Source: Candidatus Omnitrophota bacterium (GTDB taxonomy: Bacteria; Omnitrophota; Omnitrophia; Omnitrophales; Aquincolibacteriaceae). From it: a stretch of DNA of 64,000 nucleotides. The translations under genes were made by a program, and so were the position numbers. Shown in pieces: positions 1-8,315 of this stretch; within the stretch, counting starts at the first letter, position 1; each line of letters starts with the position of its first letter. The DNA lies in contig JAHFHG010000003.1 in the NCBI GenBank assembly GCA_023247035.1, positions 15,081 to 79,080 on the forward strand. Reading direction: 5' to 3'. The notes below the pieces were generated by a model. That model was not told where the DNA came from. It did not search any database and saw only the letters and a list, made by a program, of their open reading frames with translations.

Positions 1-108
1 AAAAGTCAAAATGAGACTCAAGTTACAAAGTGATCGTCTCCGTCCCCTTGTCATTCCCGCGTCCTCCGGCGGAAAAACGGGTTAACCAATGAATGGAAGG
101 AAATCTTT

Positions 109-1056
109 ATGCCTACCGGATTTCTTTATGATGCGCGTTATTTGAAGCATCAGACAGGCGCCGGGCATCCCGAATGTCCCGAGCGGCTGGCGGTCACTTT
201 CGATTATTTGAAAGCGCAGCCGTGGTTTAAGGATCTAAAACATTTTTCAGCCCGCCTTGCCGATGAGAAATGGATTCGATCCGTTCATTCAAAAGAATAT
301 ATCCTTCGCGTGAAGCAAGCTTGCGAAAGGGGAAAGCGCTATTTGGATACGCCTGACGTTGGAATCTCTGCGGATTCTTTTGAATGCGCACGATTGGCTG
401 CGGGCGGGGCGCTGGAACTCGCGGATCAAATGATGAGCGGAAACACGACAAATGGATTCGCCCTCTTAAGGCCGCCCGGCCATCACGCCGGAGAAAATTC
501 CGCGATGGGATTTTGCCTTTTCAACAATATCGCGATCCTGGCGCGTTATCTCCAAAAAAAATATGGCTTGGAAAAGATCCTTATTCTGGATTGGGACGTT
601 CATCACGGAAACGGAACCCAGCACACGTTTGAGGAGGATCCGGGCGTATTTTACGTGAGCCTTCATCAATATCCTTTTTATCCCGGTACCGGCGCGGCTT
701 CCGAAACCGGAGTCGGGCGCGGCCGGGGAGCGACCTTGAATTGTCCGATGGCCGCCGGTTCGGGCGATTCCGATTATCAAAAGTCCTTTTCTGAAATTAT
801 CCTTCCCAGGACGGATTTTTTTAAGCCCGACGTGGTCCTGATCTCAGCCGGATTCGACGCGCACGAAAAAGATCCGCTCGGCGGTATTCGTCTTACCACG
901 GAATGTTTTGCCTGGATGAGCCGGCGCATGATTGAAGTCGCAAACAAGTTTTCAAAGAACCGGCTTCTGTCTCTTCTTGAAGGCGGGTACAATCTCGATG
1001 TGCTTCCCGCCTGCATTGCGGCGCACCTGCAAGTCCTAAAAAGTGTTAAAGTGTGA
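109..1056 (+). CDS. Histone deacetylase / acetoin-utilization (AcuC/HDAC) family amidohydrolase
   Basis: 315-aa ORF with HDAC-family signatures: GHHAGENSAMGFCLFNN, metal-binding DWDVHHGNGTQ, and a C-terminal LEGGYN motif. Confidence 0.85.
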   Translation: MPTGFLYDARYLKHQTGAGHPECPERLAVTFDYLKAQPWFKDLKHFSARLADEKWIRSVHSKEYILRVKQACERGKRYLDTPDVGISADSFECARLAAGGALELADQMMSGNTTNGFALLRPPGHHAGENSAMGFCLFNNIAILARYLQKKYGLEKILILDWDVHHGNGTQHTFEEDPGVFYVSLHQYPFYPGTGAASETGVGRGRGATLNCPMAAGSGDSDYQKSFSEIILPRTDFFKPDVVLISAGFDAHEKDPLGGIRLTTECFAWMSRRMIEVANKFSKNRLLSLLEGGYNLDVLPACIAAHLQVLKSVKV

Positions 1057-1128
1057 AAAATCAAGGCGATCTTTTAGAAGCATTCTAGCCTTAAATAGAT
1101 CAAAAAATAAAAATATTAATCAGATGCT

Positions 1129-1156
1129 TTGACTCTAAAATTTTTTTCTATAGAAT
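1129..1156 (+). promoter_or_regulatory. Candidate sigma70-type promoter (TTGACT-N16-TAGAAT) for the secreted paralog gene
   Basis: TTGACT at 1129-1134 and TAGAAT at 1151-1156 with a 16-nt spacer in an AT-rich intergenic region. A 9-bp perfect inverted repeat aactttgaa/ttcaaagtt lies just downstream (about 1165-1191). A purine-rich RBS GGAAGGAG precedes the ATG at 1252. Confidence 0.4.
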
Positions 1157-1251
1157 TACTGCTTAACTTTGAAACCCGGTCATTCAAAGTTTCTTCCACA
1201 GGGCAGCAGTGGAGGAAGAAAAAGGGATAAAGGCCGGAAGGAGCTAAACAA

Positions 1252-2061
1252 ATGTTTAAGTTAGAGAAGTCTCGCAAAGGGCGGGGAATAGGTTTGGGAA
1301 TAATTATGATCGCAGGGATTTTGAGCGCGTCAAGCGTGGTTTTGGCGCAGCAAGCAGGATTTGACCCTCAAAGGTCTCAGGCGTTGTCGGCCTACGAAAA
1401 ACAGTTGAAGGATTTTAGTCTCCAGCTTCAGCAGTCTGAAGAACCGCTGCGCACCTGGCGGTCGATGCTTGATCAGGACAAGGAAAGTGTTCTGAAATTT
1501 GATTCCGAGCTCAAACAAATGGGAACCAATCTTTTGGATGCTCACGGTTATTTAGCTCAGGCGACTCAGCAGCTTATGGATCGCGCGCGCGGGCTGGGGC
1601 ATGGCGAGTTGGCAGACGCCTGGACGAAAGAACTTAGCGGCCAAGAGCAGCAACTGGCGGAATGGCGGAAACAACGTGAAGAGTGGGAGAAATCCGTTCA
1701 GGAATGGATCCATCAAAGACAAGAGTGGAGTGCGCAGCTTGAAAAAAAGTTCCAGGATATTGATACGCTGAAAAAAGAAGTAAGCGGCGCGTTTCAGGAA
1801 ATTGAAAGGGCAAAAACACAGAATAATTGGCAGGACATTCTGAACAGCCTGACCGCCAAACTTGCGGATTTCGGCGGAAGGCTCAGCGCTATGTTCTTTG
1901 AATTACAAGGGTTCAATACGGAACTGACTCAAGGAAGCCAAAATTTGCAAGCCTCTTATGGAGCATTTTCAAAGTGGGCGGAATTCCTTGAAGGGTGGAA
2001 AAAGCTTCTGATCGATTGGGAAAGTCAGATCAGCCAGATGGAAGCCGGAAAGAAAGAATAG
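1252..2061 (+). CDS. Secreted Trp-rich alpha-helical protein, one copy of a roughly 230-aa uncharacterised repeat domain (paralog of the next gene)
   Basis: N-terminal signal peptide (KSRKGRGIGLGIIMIAGILSASSVVLAQQ). The helical domain has regularly spaced conserved Trp/Gln residues (LAEWRKQREEWEKSVQEWIHQRQEWSAQLEKKFQDI...KLADFGGRLS...FLEGWKKLLIDWESQ). It aligns position by position with the domains of ORF 2152..4149. Confidence 0.75.
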   Translation: MFKLEKSRKGRGIGLGIIMIAGILSASSVVLAQQAGFDPQRSQALSAYEKQLKDFSLQLQQSEEPLRTWRSMLDQDKESVLKFDSELKQMGTNLLDAHGYLAQATQQLMDRARGLGHGELADAWTKELSGQEQQLAEWRKQREEWEKSVQEWIHQRQEWSAQLEKKFQDIDTLKKEVSGAFQEIERAKTQNNWQDILNSLTAKLADFGGRLSAMFFELQGFNTELTQGSQNLQASYGAFSKWAEFLEGWKKLLIDWESQISQMEAGKKE

Positions 2062-2151
2062 GCTTCCCTTGGAGTAAAAAATAATCCGATTTTCATTTAT
2101 CTATTCCTTTTTTAATAACAATAACAACCGCAGCGGCGAGGAGCGAACAAA

Positions 2152-4149
2152 ATGTTAATAAGAAACAGTAGAAAGTTAGGTTTGAGTTTGGGAATTATCA
2201 TCGCAGGGATTTTGAGTTTAGGGACCACAGTTTTCGCACAAGAAGAAGGAGCGCAGGAAGGCCAGCAGCAGGAAGCGCCGCCCCAGCCTGAATATCAAGA
2301 ACCCGCTCCGGAACCCACCGCTCCGGCCGAGGTTGCAGCGGCAGCAGCTCCTGCTCCCGCAGAAGCGGCTGCGGTCACAGATGCCTCAGCTCAACAAGAG
2401 TACGAAGCTCAACGCGCGCGCGCCTTGGCCGCTTATGAGCAGCAGGTTCGGGACTTTGAGGCGCAGCTTGGCCAGGCTGAACAGCAGCTTCTCGGCTGGA
2501 AAAACCAGCTTCAAAACGATAAAAATTTTCTTATCAAATTCAATGCCGAACTCCAGCAGCTCGCCGGCGGGCTTAGAGATGCTTATGGGTATTTGGTCCA
2601 GCAAACTCAGCAGCTTATTGAGCGCGCCCGGAAATTAGGAGATAACGATCTGGCTAATGCCTGGGAAAAAGGATTGGGAGATCAGAAGAGCCAATTGGAA
2701 GACTGGGATAAGCGACATCAAGCCTGGACACAGTCCGTTCAGCAATGGACCGGCGAAAGAGAGCAGTGGGGCCTGCAGCTTGATAAGAAGCTCCAGGATA
2801 TTGAGGCGTTGAAAAATGAAGTGCGCAATCTTTTCCAAGAAATTGAAAACGCCCGGACATTGAACGATTGGCAGGGAGTGTTGAACAACTTGAATGGAAA
2901 ACTCGCTGATTTCGGAGGCAGGCTCAGTCAAATTTTCGTCGAGCTTCAAGGTCTCAGCAGCGATTTGGCTCAGGGAAGTAATGAACTGCAAACCGCTTAC
3001 CAGGGTTTCGCTCAGTTGGGCCCGTTCCTTGAAGGTTGGAAGAAGCAATTGGTGGATTGGGATGCCCGGATGAATCAAAGAGAAGCCGGGGGCGGCGCGG
3101 GCGGAAGCAGGGAAAAGGAATCCGTCCAGGCTCCTCCGGGCCGGACCCAGGACAATCCGAGTTGGGAGGATTCTAAAAAACAGCTCCGGGATCTTCAGCA
3201 GATTTTGCAGAATTACAATCGATGGCTCCGTGACTGGAGCGGTGCGCTGAATCAATACCGCGCTGAGCTTCAGAAAGCGGATCAGGAACACAGAGGTCTC
3301 GGCCAGAGTCTCGCCTACGCCAGCCGTGATCTGGTGGCGCAAACAAGGCAGCTTCTTGAGCGTGCAAGGAGAATCGGCGACCGGGATTTCGCTTCGATTT
3401 TGGAAAAAGAACTTTCCTGGCGCGAGCAAGAACTCGCCCATTGGGATCAGAATCAGGAGCAGTGGAGCCGCCAAATCGCGGATGCCGGAAAGCAGCTTGA
3501 TGATTGGGCCAGGGCCCGAGATGAAAAATTTAGGGAAATGGATCAACTGACTCAGGAACTCGACGGGTTGCTCCAACAGATCGAAACAACGAAGGATGTC
3601 GAGGCCTTGGGGAAGGCCTTGCAGGATATTCACGCTAAAATGAATTATTTTACGGACAGAATTCATTCCTTCGCAGCTGAGTTTGAGTCCTTGGGGAACA
3701 ATTTTTCAAGCTGGACCACAACGCTGAACCAGTTTGCCGGCGTATTGAGCAACTGGCAGTATCATTTGGAAAACTGGAAAAAACATTTGGCGGAATGGGA
3801 GAGAGAATTGCAGCAAAGAGAAAGAGGCCAGGTGCCTTCTTCTCAGATCCGTTCGCAGTGGAGGAGCGATCTCGCGCAGTGGCAGTCTCCGCAGTTCAGC
3901 AGTCCGGCGGCAGGCAGGCTGTTTTCTTCGGCATCTTCGCAGCCCATTTCGATGAATCAAGTTAAGAGACAATTTACCTGGCAGAGCCTCATTCAGCAAT
4001 TTCTAGGCGGAAAAAGTCAATCTTCGCTGGGGACGACAGAGGCTGCTTCGACTTTCGGCGGCGCTTCTTCGGCCTCTTCGGCGGCGATGCTTCAGGCCCG
4101 CGTCAGGCAGCTTGAGCAGGAACTTCGCCAGGCGCGAGCCGGCAGTTGA
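2152..4149 (+). CDS. Secreted Trp-rich alpha-helical protein with two tandem copies of the same domain plus a Pro/Ala-rich linker and a Ser-rich C-terminal tail
   Basis: Signal peptide (SRKLGLSLGIIIAGILSLGTTVFAQEE). PAPA-rich low-complexity linker (APPQPEYQEPAPEPTAPAEVAAAAAPAPAEAAA). Domain copy 1 (AYEQQVRDFEAQL...FLEGWKKQLVDWDARMNQREAG) matches gene 1252..2061 residue by residue. A more diverged copy 2 (ILQNYNRWLRDWSG...WQYHLENWKKHLAEWERELQQRE) follows, then a Ser-rich tail. Confidence 0.75.
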   Translation: MLIRNSRKLGLSLGIIIAGILSLGTTVFAQEEGAQEGQQQEAPPQPEYQEPAPEPTAPAEVAAAAAPAPAEAAAVTDASAQQEYEAQRARALAAYEQQVRDFEAQLGQAEQQLLGWKNQLQNDKNFLIKFNAELQQLAGGLRDAYGYLVQQTQQLIERARKLGDNDLANAWEKGLGDQKSQLEDWDKRHQAWTQSVQQWTGEREQWGLQLDKKLQDIEALKNEVRNLFQEIENARTLNDWQGVLNNLNGKLADFGGRLSQIFVELQGLSSDLAQGSNELQTAYQGFAQLGPFLEGWKKQLVDWDARMNQREAGGGAGGSREKESVQAPPGRTQDNPSWEDSKKQLRDLQQILQNYNRWLRDWSGALNQYRAELQKADQEHRGLGQSLAYASRDLVAQTRQLLERARRIGDRDFASILEKELSWREQELAHWDQNQEQWSRQIADAGKQLDDWARARDEKFREMDQLTQELDGLLQQIETTKDVEALGKALQDIHAKMNYFTDRIHSFAAEFESLGNNFSSWTTTLNQFAGVLSNWQYHLENWKKHLAEWERELQQRERGQVPSSQIRSQWRSDLAQWQSPQFSSPAAGRLFSSASSQPISMNQVKRQFTWQSLIQQFLGGKSQSSLGTTEAASTFGGASSASSAAMLQARVRQLEQELRQARAGS

Positions 4150-4154
4150 GAGCT

Positions 4155-4209
4155 AGAAAAAAACCCGGTGAGGTCACATTTCAGTGAAACTTGCCGGGCT
4201 TTTTTTTTA
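4155..4209. terminator. Bidirectional rho-independent terminator between convergent genes
   Basis: A-run (4155-4163), then stem CCCGG...CCGGG around an internal tcac/gtga palindrome, then T9 (4200-4209). It lies between the + gene stop (4149) and the - gene stop (4219), so it reads as hairpin plus U-tract on both strands. Confidence 0.6.
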
Positions 4210-4218
4210 TAACTCAAG

Positions 4219-7200
4219 TTATAATAAATCCAATTGCAGGTTTTTGGGGGAGGCAGCCTTTCCTTTGAAAGAACTCTTCTGTCTCTCCAGAAGTTTTTCT
4301 TCAATGTCCTTTAGAAATGGCGAGGCTTTTTGATCTCTGAAACTTCCTCTCCAAAACCGTTTGTCTGCGTGCGTAAGAAATAAGCGGTCCTTGGCGCGTG
4401 TCATTCCGACGTAAAAAACGCGTCTTTCTTCGGCAAATTCTTCCTGATCTTCAGACGCATCTGCCCATTTCAAGGGGATCAGGCCGTCTTCGCATCCGGC
4501 AATAAATACTACGGGAAACTCGAGGCCTTTGGCGGCGTGCAGCGTCATGAGAGAAACCCGGTCAGAGCGCGCATCCCAAGTGTCCATATCCTGCTCCAGA
4601 CTCATTGCAGACCAAAATAAATTCCAGTTTTCCCCGCACCGCCGGGCGATGGCCTTAAGTTTTTCGAAAATCAATTCTGCTTCGCGTGAAGAAGAAGGGT
4701 CCGGAAGCTTTGATTGGGCGAATGTTAAGCCCTCAAGCAGGCTGGTCTCGTATTCAGTTTTCTGAATTTTGCGCAAGATGCCTTGGACGTTTGAATCGTC
4801 GATGAGCGCCCGGTGGCTGCACCTCTGAAACGGCATTCCCGAACGGGACAAGGCTTCTTCCAGGACGGAAGCCTGCGCCTCGGTCCGGAAAAGAATTGCG
4901 AAATCCGAGAAAGAATAAGGTTTTTCACTTTCTCCTTCCGACCTGCCGGTATCGACTGAAAAAAAAGAAATGCCCCCGATCATTTTCTCGATCCTTTCAA
5001 CGATGAATTCCGCCTCAGCTTTGTCGGAACGCGCCTGATGAATGACCACTTTGCCGGTATCTTCCAGGAAGGCTTCGAGGGCGCGATTTTCGATCAGGCC
5101 GGCGGAGGCCATGACTTGATGGGAAGCCGAAAGGATCGATTGCCCTGAGCGGTAATTTTTGATGAGATGAATTTTTCTAGCGCCGGGAAAATCCTCTTCG
5201 AATCTTAAAAAAAGTTTCACATCGGCTCCGCGAAAACTGTAGATAGCCTGGTCCGGATCGCCGATCGCGCAAAGGTTTGGCTTTTCAGAGACCAGAAGCC
5301 GTATGAGCCGGTACTGCAATTCGTCGATATCCTGATATTCATCAATGGAAATCCAAGGGCGCTTCTTACGATAAGATGCCGCCAGATCAGGATCTTCCCC
5401 AAGCATTTTTACGGGAAGGGCCAGGAGATCGTCATAATCCAGAACGCCATTAATTTCTTTTTCCTTTTCCAGGATTTTCCGGGCGGACTGGATTTCGGGA
5501 TTGGATTCGGATTCTTTAAGCGTTCGTTTCAGGCGGGAAATTTCTTCGAGGATTTTTGAAGCCTTGCGTTCCGCGAGCCCTAAAGAGTTTTTCAGCAAGG
5601 TTTTTCTTTCCTCCTCCCCGGCAATGCGGAATCCACGCGGCAGCCCGGCCGCCTCGCGGTTTTCCTGAAGGAATTGAAATCCAAAGGCGTGAAAAGTAAC
5701 CACGGGAATTTTTGACCAGACGCGGGGGACAAGCGATTTCAACCGCTCCTGCATTTCCTGAGCCGCCCGGCGCGTAAAAGTAATGGTGAGGCACTGCTCG
5801 GGCGGGATCTTATGATTGAGGATCAGGTTGGCGACGCGGTGAGTCAGGACGCGGGTTTTGCCTGAACCCGGGCCGGCGAGGATCAACACAGGCCCGTTTA
5901 GCGTTTCAACGGCTCTTTGTTGATCGGGATCCAGCGTCAGTGAACTTTCCTCTTTACAAATTTTATCGGAGGGAAGAGAGGGAAGCGTGGAAGGGTTTCG
6001 GGCCGGACGAATTTTCTCGTCCTTGCCGGCGGATATTTTTTGAGGACGCGCCGCCGTTTCCTCTCCGGAATCAAATAAAACACGCGCGGTCGTTTTTGCT
6101 TTCAATTCCTTTTCGGTAAAAAGTTTGATCTTTCCGTATTCGCCGTCAAAACCCGCTTCGCGGATCACCTTGCCTTGCCGCATCCGCGAAATAGCCTCTG
6201 TAACGAGAGGCGAGGCGGATTTTCCGATCTCTCCAAGCGGAAGCCCGTTTAAGATTTCAAGCTCCGGCCCTAATTTAGCGAGAAGCTGTTCATGATTCTG
6301 CGCCACAGCTTGGCTCGCCGCGCCGCGGTCCAGAATCTCGGAGATGATTTCCGGCAGCGGAATGAGATTCTTGAAATCACCGGCTTGGCTGGGTTTCTCG
6401 CCTTGAAAACGGTCCGCAAGCTCTTCGACCCGGTACATCACGCCGAGCGTCAGAGGTTTTTTACATTCCGGGCAAATGCCTTGATGAGAACGGCTTTCTT
6501 CGGGCCGGAAGCGCACGCCGCATTTCCGGTGGCCGTCCAGGTGATATTTTCCTTCTTCGGGAAAAAACTCGACGGTCCCCGAAAAGCCTTTTCCGGTTTC
6601 GAGCGCCGAACGGATTGCGAAATAGCTGAGTTCCGTATCGAAAGCGCTCGCCTCGCGGCCCAGCTTTTGTGGGGAATGAGCGTCGGAATTCGAAACGAGC
6701 CGGTAGCGGTCCAGGCTGGAAACCCGCCAATTCATTTCCGGGTCCGAGGACAGCCCCGTTTCAACCGCGAAAATGTGATCCGCCAAATCTCCATAACATT
6801 CGCTGACCGTATCGAAGCCGGATTTCGATCCGAGAACGGAAAACCAGGGTGTCCAGATGTGAGCGGGAACGATGTAGCACTCCGGGCTTGCCTCCAGCAC
6901 GATTTCCAGCAGATGCCTGGAATCGAGCCCTAAAATGGGCCGGCCGTCGGAGCGGATATTTCCGATCTTGGAAAGAGACTTGTTGATCTTCTCCGCGGTT
7001 TCGATTGAAGGCGCGTAAACGAGATGATGGACCTTGCGGGTTTTGTCGCCCTTTTTGTAGATCGTTGAAATTTCCACCGAAAGCATCAAACGTGTCGCGC
7101 CCCGGCAGACCGGCGGAAGTCTCTGAAAGACTTTTTTTTCAAGATCCTCCCGCAAACGGAAGAGGCCCGGCTCGGCGGGGACAAGTTTTTCTTTGATTTC

Positions 7201-7350
7201 ACTCATCCACGCAGGGTGGGTGAAATCGCCCGTTCCGATGACGGTGATTCCTTTTTTGCGTCCCCAGTAAGCCAAATTTTCGAAATCGCAGTCCCGGCTG
7301 GTGGCGCGGGAATATTTGGAATGGATGTGGAGGTCCGCGAAGAAACGCAT
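4219..7350 (-). CDS. Fusion protein: N-terminal PHP-family phosphoesterase with Zn-ribbon (COG1379-like) plus C-terminal UvrD/PcrA/Rep-like SF1 DNA helicase
   Basis: 1043-aa ORF. The N-terminus MRFFADLHIHSKYSRATS...GTGDFTHP is a PHP His-motif. CGVRF...CPEC is a Cys4 ribbon. From about residue 470: DPDQQRAVETLNGPVLILAGPGSGKTRVLTHRVANLI (UvrD Walker A), DEYQD (motif II), and GTDFLSVRFGN... The C-terminal helicase 2B/2A part has GMTRAKDRL. Confidence 0.8.
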   Translation of the reverse strand: MRFFADLHIHSKYSRATSRDCDFENLAYWGRKKGITVIGTGDFTHPAWMSEIKEKLVPAEPGLFRLREDLEKKVFQRLPPVCRGATRLMLSVEISTIYKKGDKTRKVHHLVYAPSIETAEKINKSLSKIGNIRSDGRPILGLDSRHLLEIVLEASPECYIVPAHIWTPWFSVLGSKSGFDTVSECYGDLADHIFAVETGLSSDPEMNWRVSSLDRYRLVSNSDAHSPQKLGREASAFDTELSYFAIRSALETGKGFSGTVEFFPEEGKYHLDGHRKCGVRFRPEESRSHQGICPECKKPLTLGVMYRVEELADRFQGEKPSQAGDFKNLIPLPEIISEILDRGAASQAVAQNHEQLLAKLGPELEILNGLPLGEIGKSASPLVTEAISRMRQGKVIREAGFDGEYGKIKLFTEKELKAKTTARVLFDSGEETAARPQKISAGKDEKIRPARNPSTLPSLPSDKICKEESSLTLDPDQQRAVETLNGPVLILAGPGSGKTRVLTHRVANLILNHKIPPEQCLTITFTRRAAQEMQERLKSLVPRVWSKIPVVTFHAFGFQFLQENREAAGLPRGFRIAGEEERKTLLKNSLGLAERKASKILEEISRLKRTLKESESNPEIQSARKILEKEKEINGVLDYDDLLALPVKMLGEDPDLAASYRKKRPWISIDEYQDIDELQYRLIRLLVSEKPNLCAIGDPDQAIYSFRGADVKLFLRFEEDFPGARKIHLIKNYRSGQSILSASHQVMASAGLIENRALEAFLEDTGKVVIHQARSDKAEAEFIVERIEKMIGGISFFSVDTGRSEGESEKPYSFSDFAILFRTEAQASVLEEALSRSGMPFQRCSHRALIDDSNVQGILRKIQKTEYETSLLEGLTFAQSKLPDPSSSREAELIFEKLKAIARRCGENWNLFWSAMSLEQDMDTWDARSDRVSLMTLHAAKGLEFPVVFIAGCEDGLIPLKWADASEDQEEFAEERRVFYVGMTRAKDRLFLTHADKRFWRGSFRDQKASPFLKDIEEKLLERQKSSFKGKAASPKNLQLDLL

Positions 7351-7475
7351 TTTGATTTGATAAGTTATCTTAAAATGCCGGAGTTGTGAATTAAAATATA
7401 GGCAATGACTTTAATCCGGGCAAAAAAAGTTGCTGACTCTCGAAGTTCTTTGAATAGAATAAGCATTCATTCTTT

Positions 7476-7548
7476 GCTGGCGTAGCTCAGCTGGTAGAGC
7501 GGCTGTTTTGTAAACAGCGGGTCGGGGGTTCAAATCCCTCCGCCAGCT
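7476..7548 (+). tRNA. tRNA-Thr (anticodon UGU)
   Basis: Manual fold: 7-bp acceptor GCTGGCG/CGCCAGC, D-arm GCTCAGCTGGTAGAGC, anticodon stem GCTGT/ACAGC with loop TTTGTAA (UGU), T-arm GGGGGTTCAAATCCCTC. Confidence 0.8.
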
Positions 7549-7563
7549 AAAAATCGTTTTTAC

Positions 7564-7649
7564 GGGGAGTTACCAAAGCGGCCAAATGGACCTGACTGTA
7601 AATCAGGTGGCTTATGCCTTCAGAGGTTCGAATCCTCTACTCCCCACCA
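7564..7649 (+). tRNA. tRNA-Tyr (anticodon GUA), long variable arm, CCA encoded
   Basis: Acceptor GGGGAGT/ACTCCCC, D-loop AGCGGCCAAATGG, anticodon stem CCTGA/TCAGG with loop CTGTAAA (GUA), long variable arm, T-arm GAGGTTCGAATCCTC, and ACCA 3' end. It closely parallels canonical bacterial tRNA-Tyr. Confidence 0.85.
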
Positions 7650-7652
7650 GTT
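7630..7652 (+). repeat. attL: 23-bp direct repeat (3' end of tRNA-Tyr), gaatcctctactccccaccagtt
   Basis: Exact 23-bp match to 12177-12199. The copy at 7630-7652 is the T-arm/acceptor 3' end of tRNA-Tyr. Confidence 0.8.
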
Positions 7653-7731
7653 TTTAGCCGCCCTCTGAAATTCCTTAATTGACGAGGGGTTTCAGAGGGT
7701 ATATATGGATACCAATTTCATCCGGCTGTAA

Positions 7732-7986
7732 TTGATACGCATTGCGCGAAATGCTGGCATTTATGATCTTACCGAAGTTCATGCCCTCCGGCATACCTTC
7801 GCCAGCCAGCTCTTAATGCGCGGCGTTGACCTTCCTTCCGTTCAAAAACTCATGGGGCATAGCAAAATCGAAACCACGCTGATTTATTCTCATCAAACCA
7901 CAGATCATTTGCGGGATGCTGTGGAAAAACTATCAGCAAACAGGCAATGGATTTCATACGATATCACTCAAAGGAGAAATGAATAA
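7732..7986 (+). pseudogene. Tyrosine recombinase (phage integrase) C-terminal fragment, N-terminal about 250 aa missing
   Basis: 84-aa ORF carrying the catalytic-domain motifs HALRHTFASQLL (His-x-x-Arg box) and GHSKIETTLIYSH (catalytic Tyr). Only about 80 bp separate it from the tRNA, so no room for an N-terminal domain. Confidence 0.7.
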
Positions 7987-8123
7987 TGCTGAAAAGCGCG
8001 ACTTGGGTTTTACTGGCGTCAATACTGCTCACTATGGTCTCGTGTGACAAGCCGATTTAAAAAGTTCAAAACAACGATTGCGTATCAGAATATAGATATC
8101 AATATATACAAAACGTAAATGGT

Positions 8124-8315
8124 GTGTTTGATAAAAAACTCGGGATTATTTTTTACTTAAACAATCCCCCCACTGAATTTGTCGCCATTTCTCCTGTGGA
8201 CGAATATCTTTGGGGAAGAAATCCTGAAGATTTAAGAAAGTTTATCAGTTTAGATCGCGCTGAGACGTGGAAAAAAGGTATGGGTATTGAGGTGCCGGAA
8301 AAAGAAACAAAATAA
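8124..8315 (+). CDS. Hypothetical small protein (island cargo)
   Basis: 63-aa ORF in the AT-rich stretch of the island; no recognisable motif. Confidence 0.25.
   Translation: MFDKKLGIIFYLNNPPTEFVAISPVDEYLWGRNPEDLRKFISLDRAETWKKGMGIEVPEKETK

Noticed and set aside
2635-3666. 343-aa ORF on the minus strand inside the secreted-paralog gene
   Set aside because: It is entirely antisense to a well-supported + strand CDS with a conserved repeat domain and has no motifs. It is a typical shadow ORF in a GC-balanced coding region. The same applies to the other small antisense ORFs in the track (e.g. 6292..6933, 15916..16614, 55211..55750, 57015..57563, 57701..58192, 61447..61878).
2152-4149. Possible DNA-level tandem repeat or CRISPR-like periodicity in the duplicated-domain gene
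   Set aside because: The two domain copies are diverged at the nucleotide level and have no regular short spacing. It is a protein-level internal duplication, not a tandem DNA repeat or CRISPR array.
7350-7475. Promoter for the tRNA-Thr/tRNA-Tyr pair (TTGCTG...TAGAAT)
   Set aside because: The spacer between the candidate hexamers is about 19 nt, outside the usual range. A promoter is plausible but cannot be pinned down from sequence alone.
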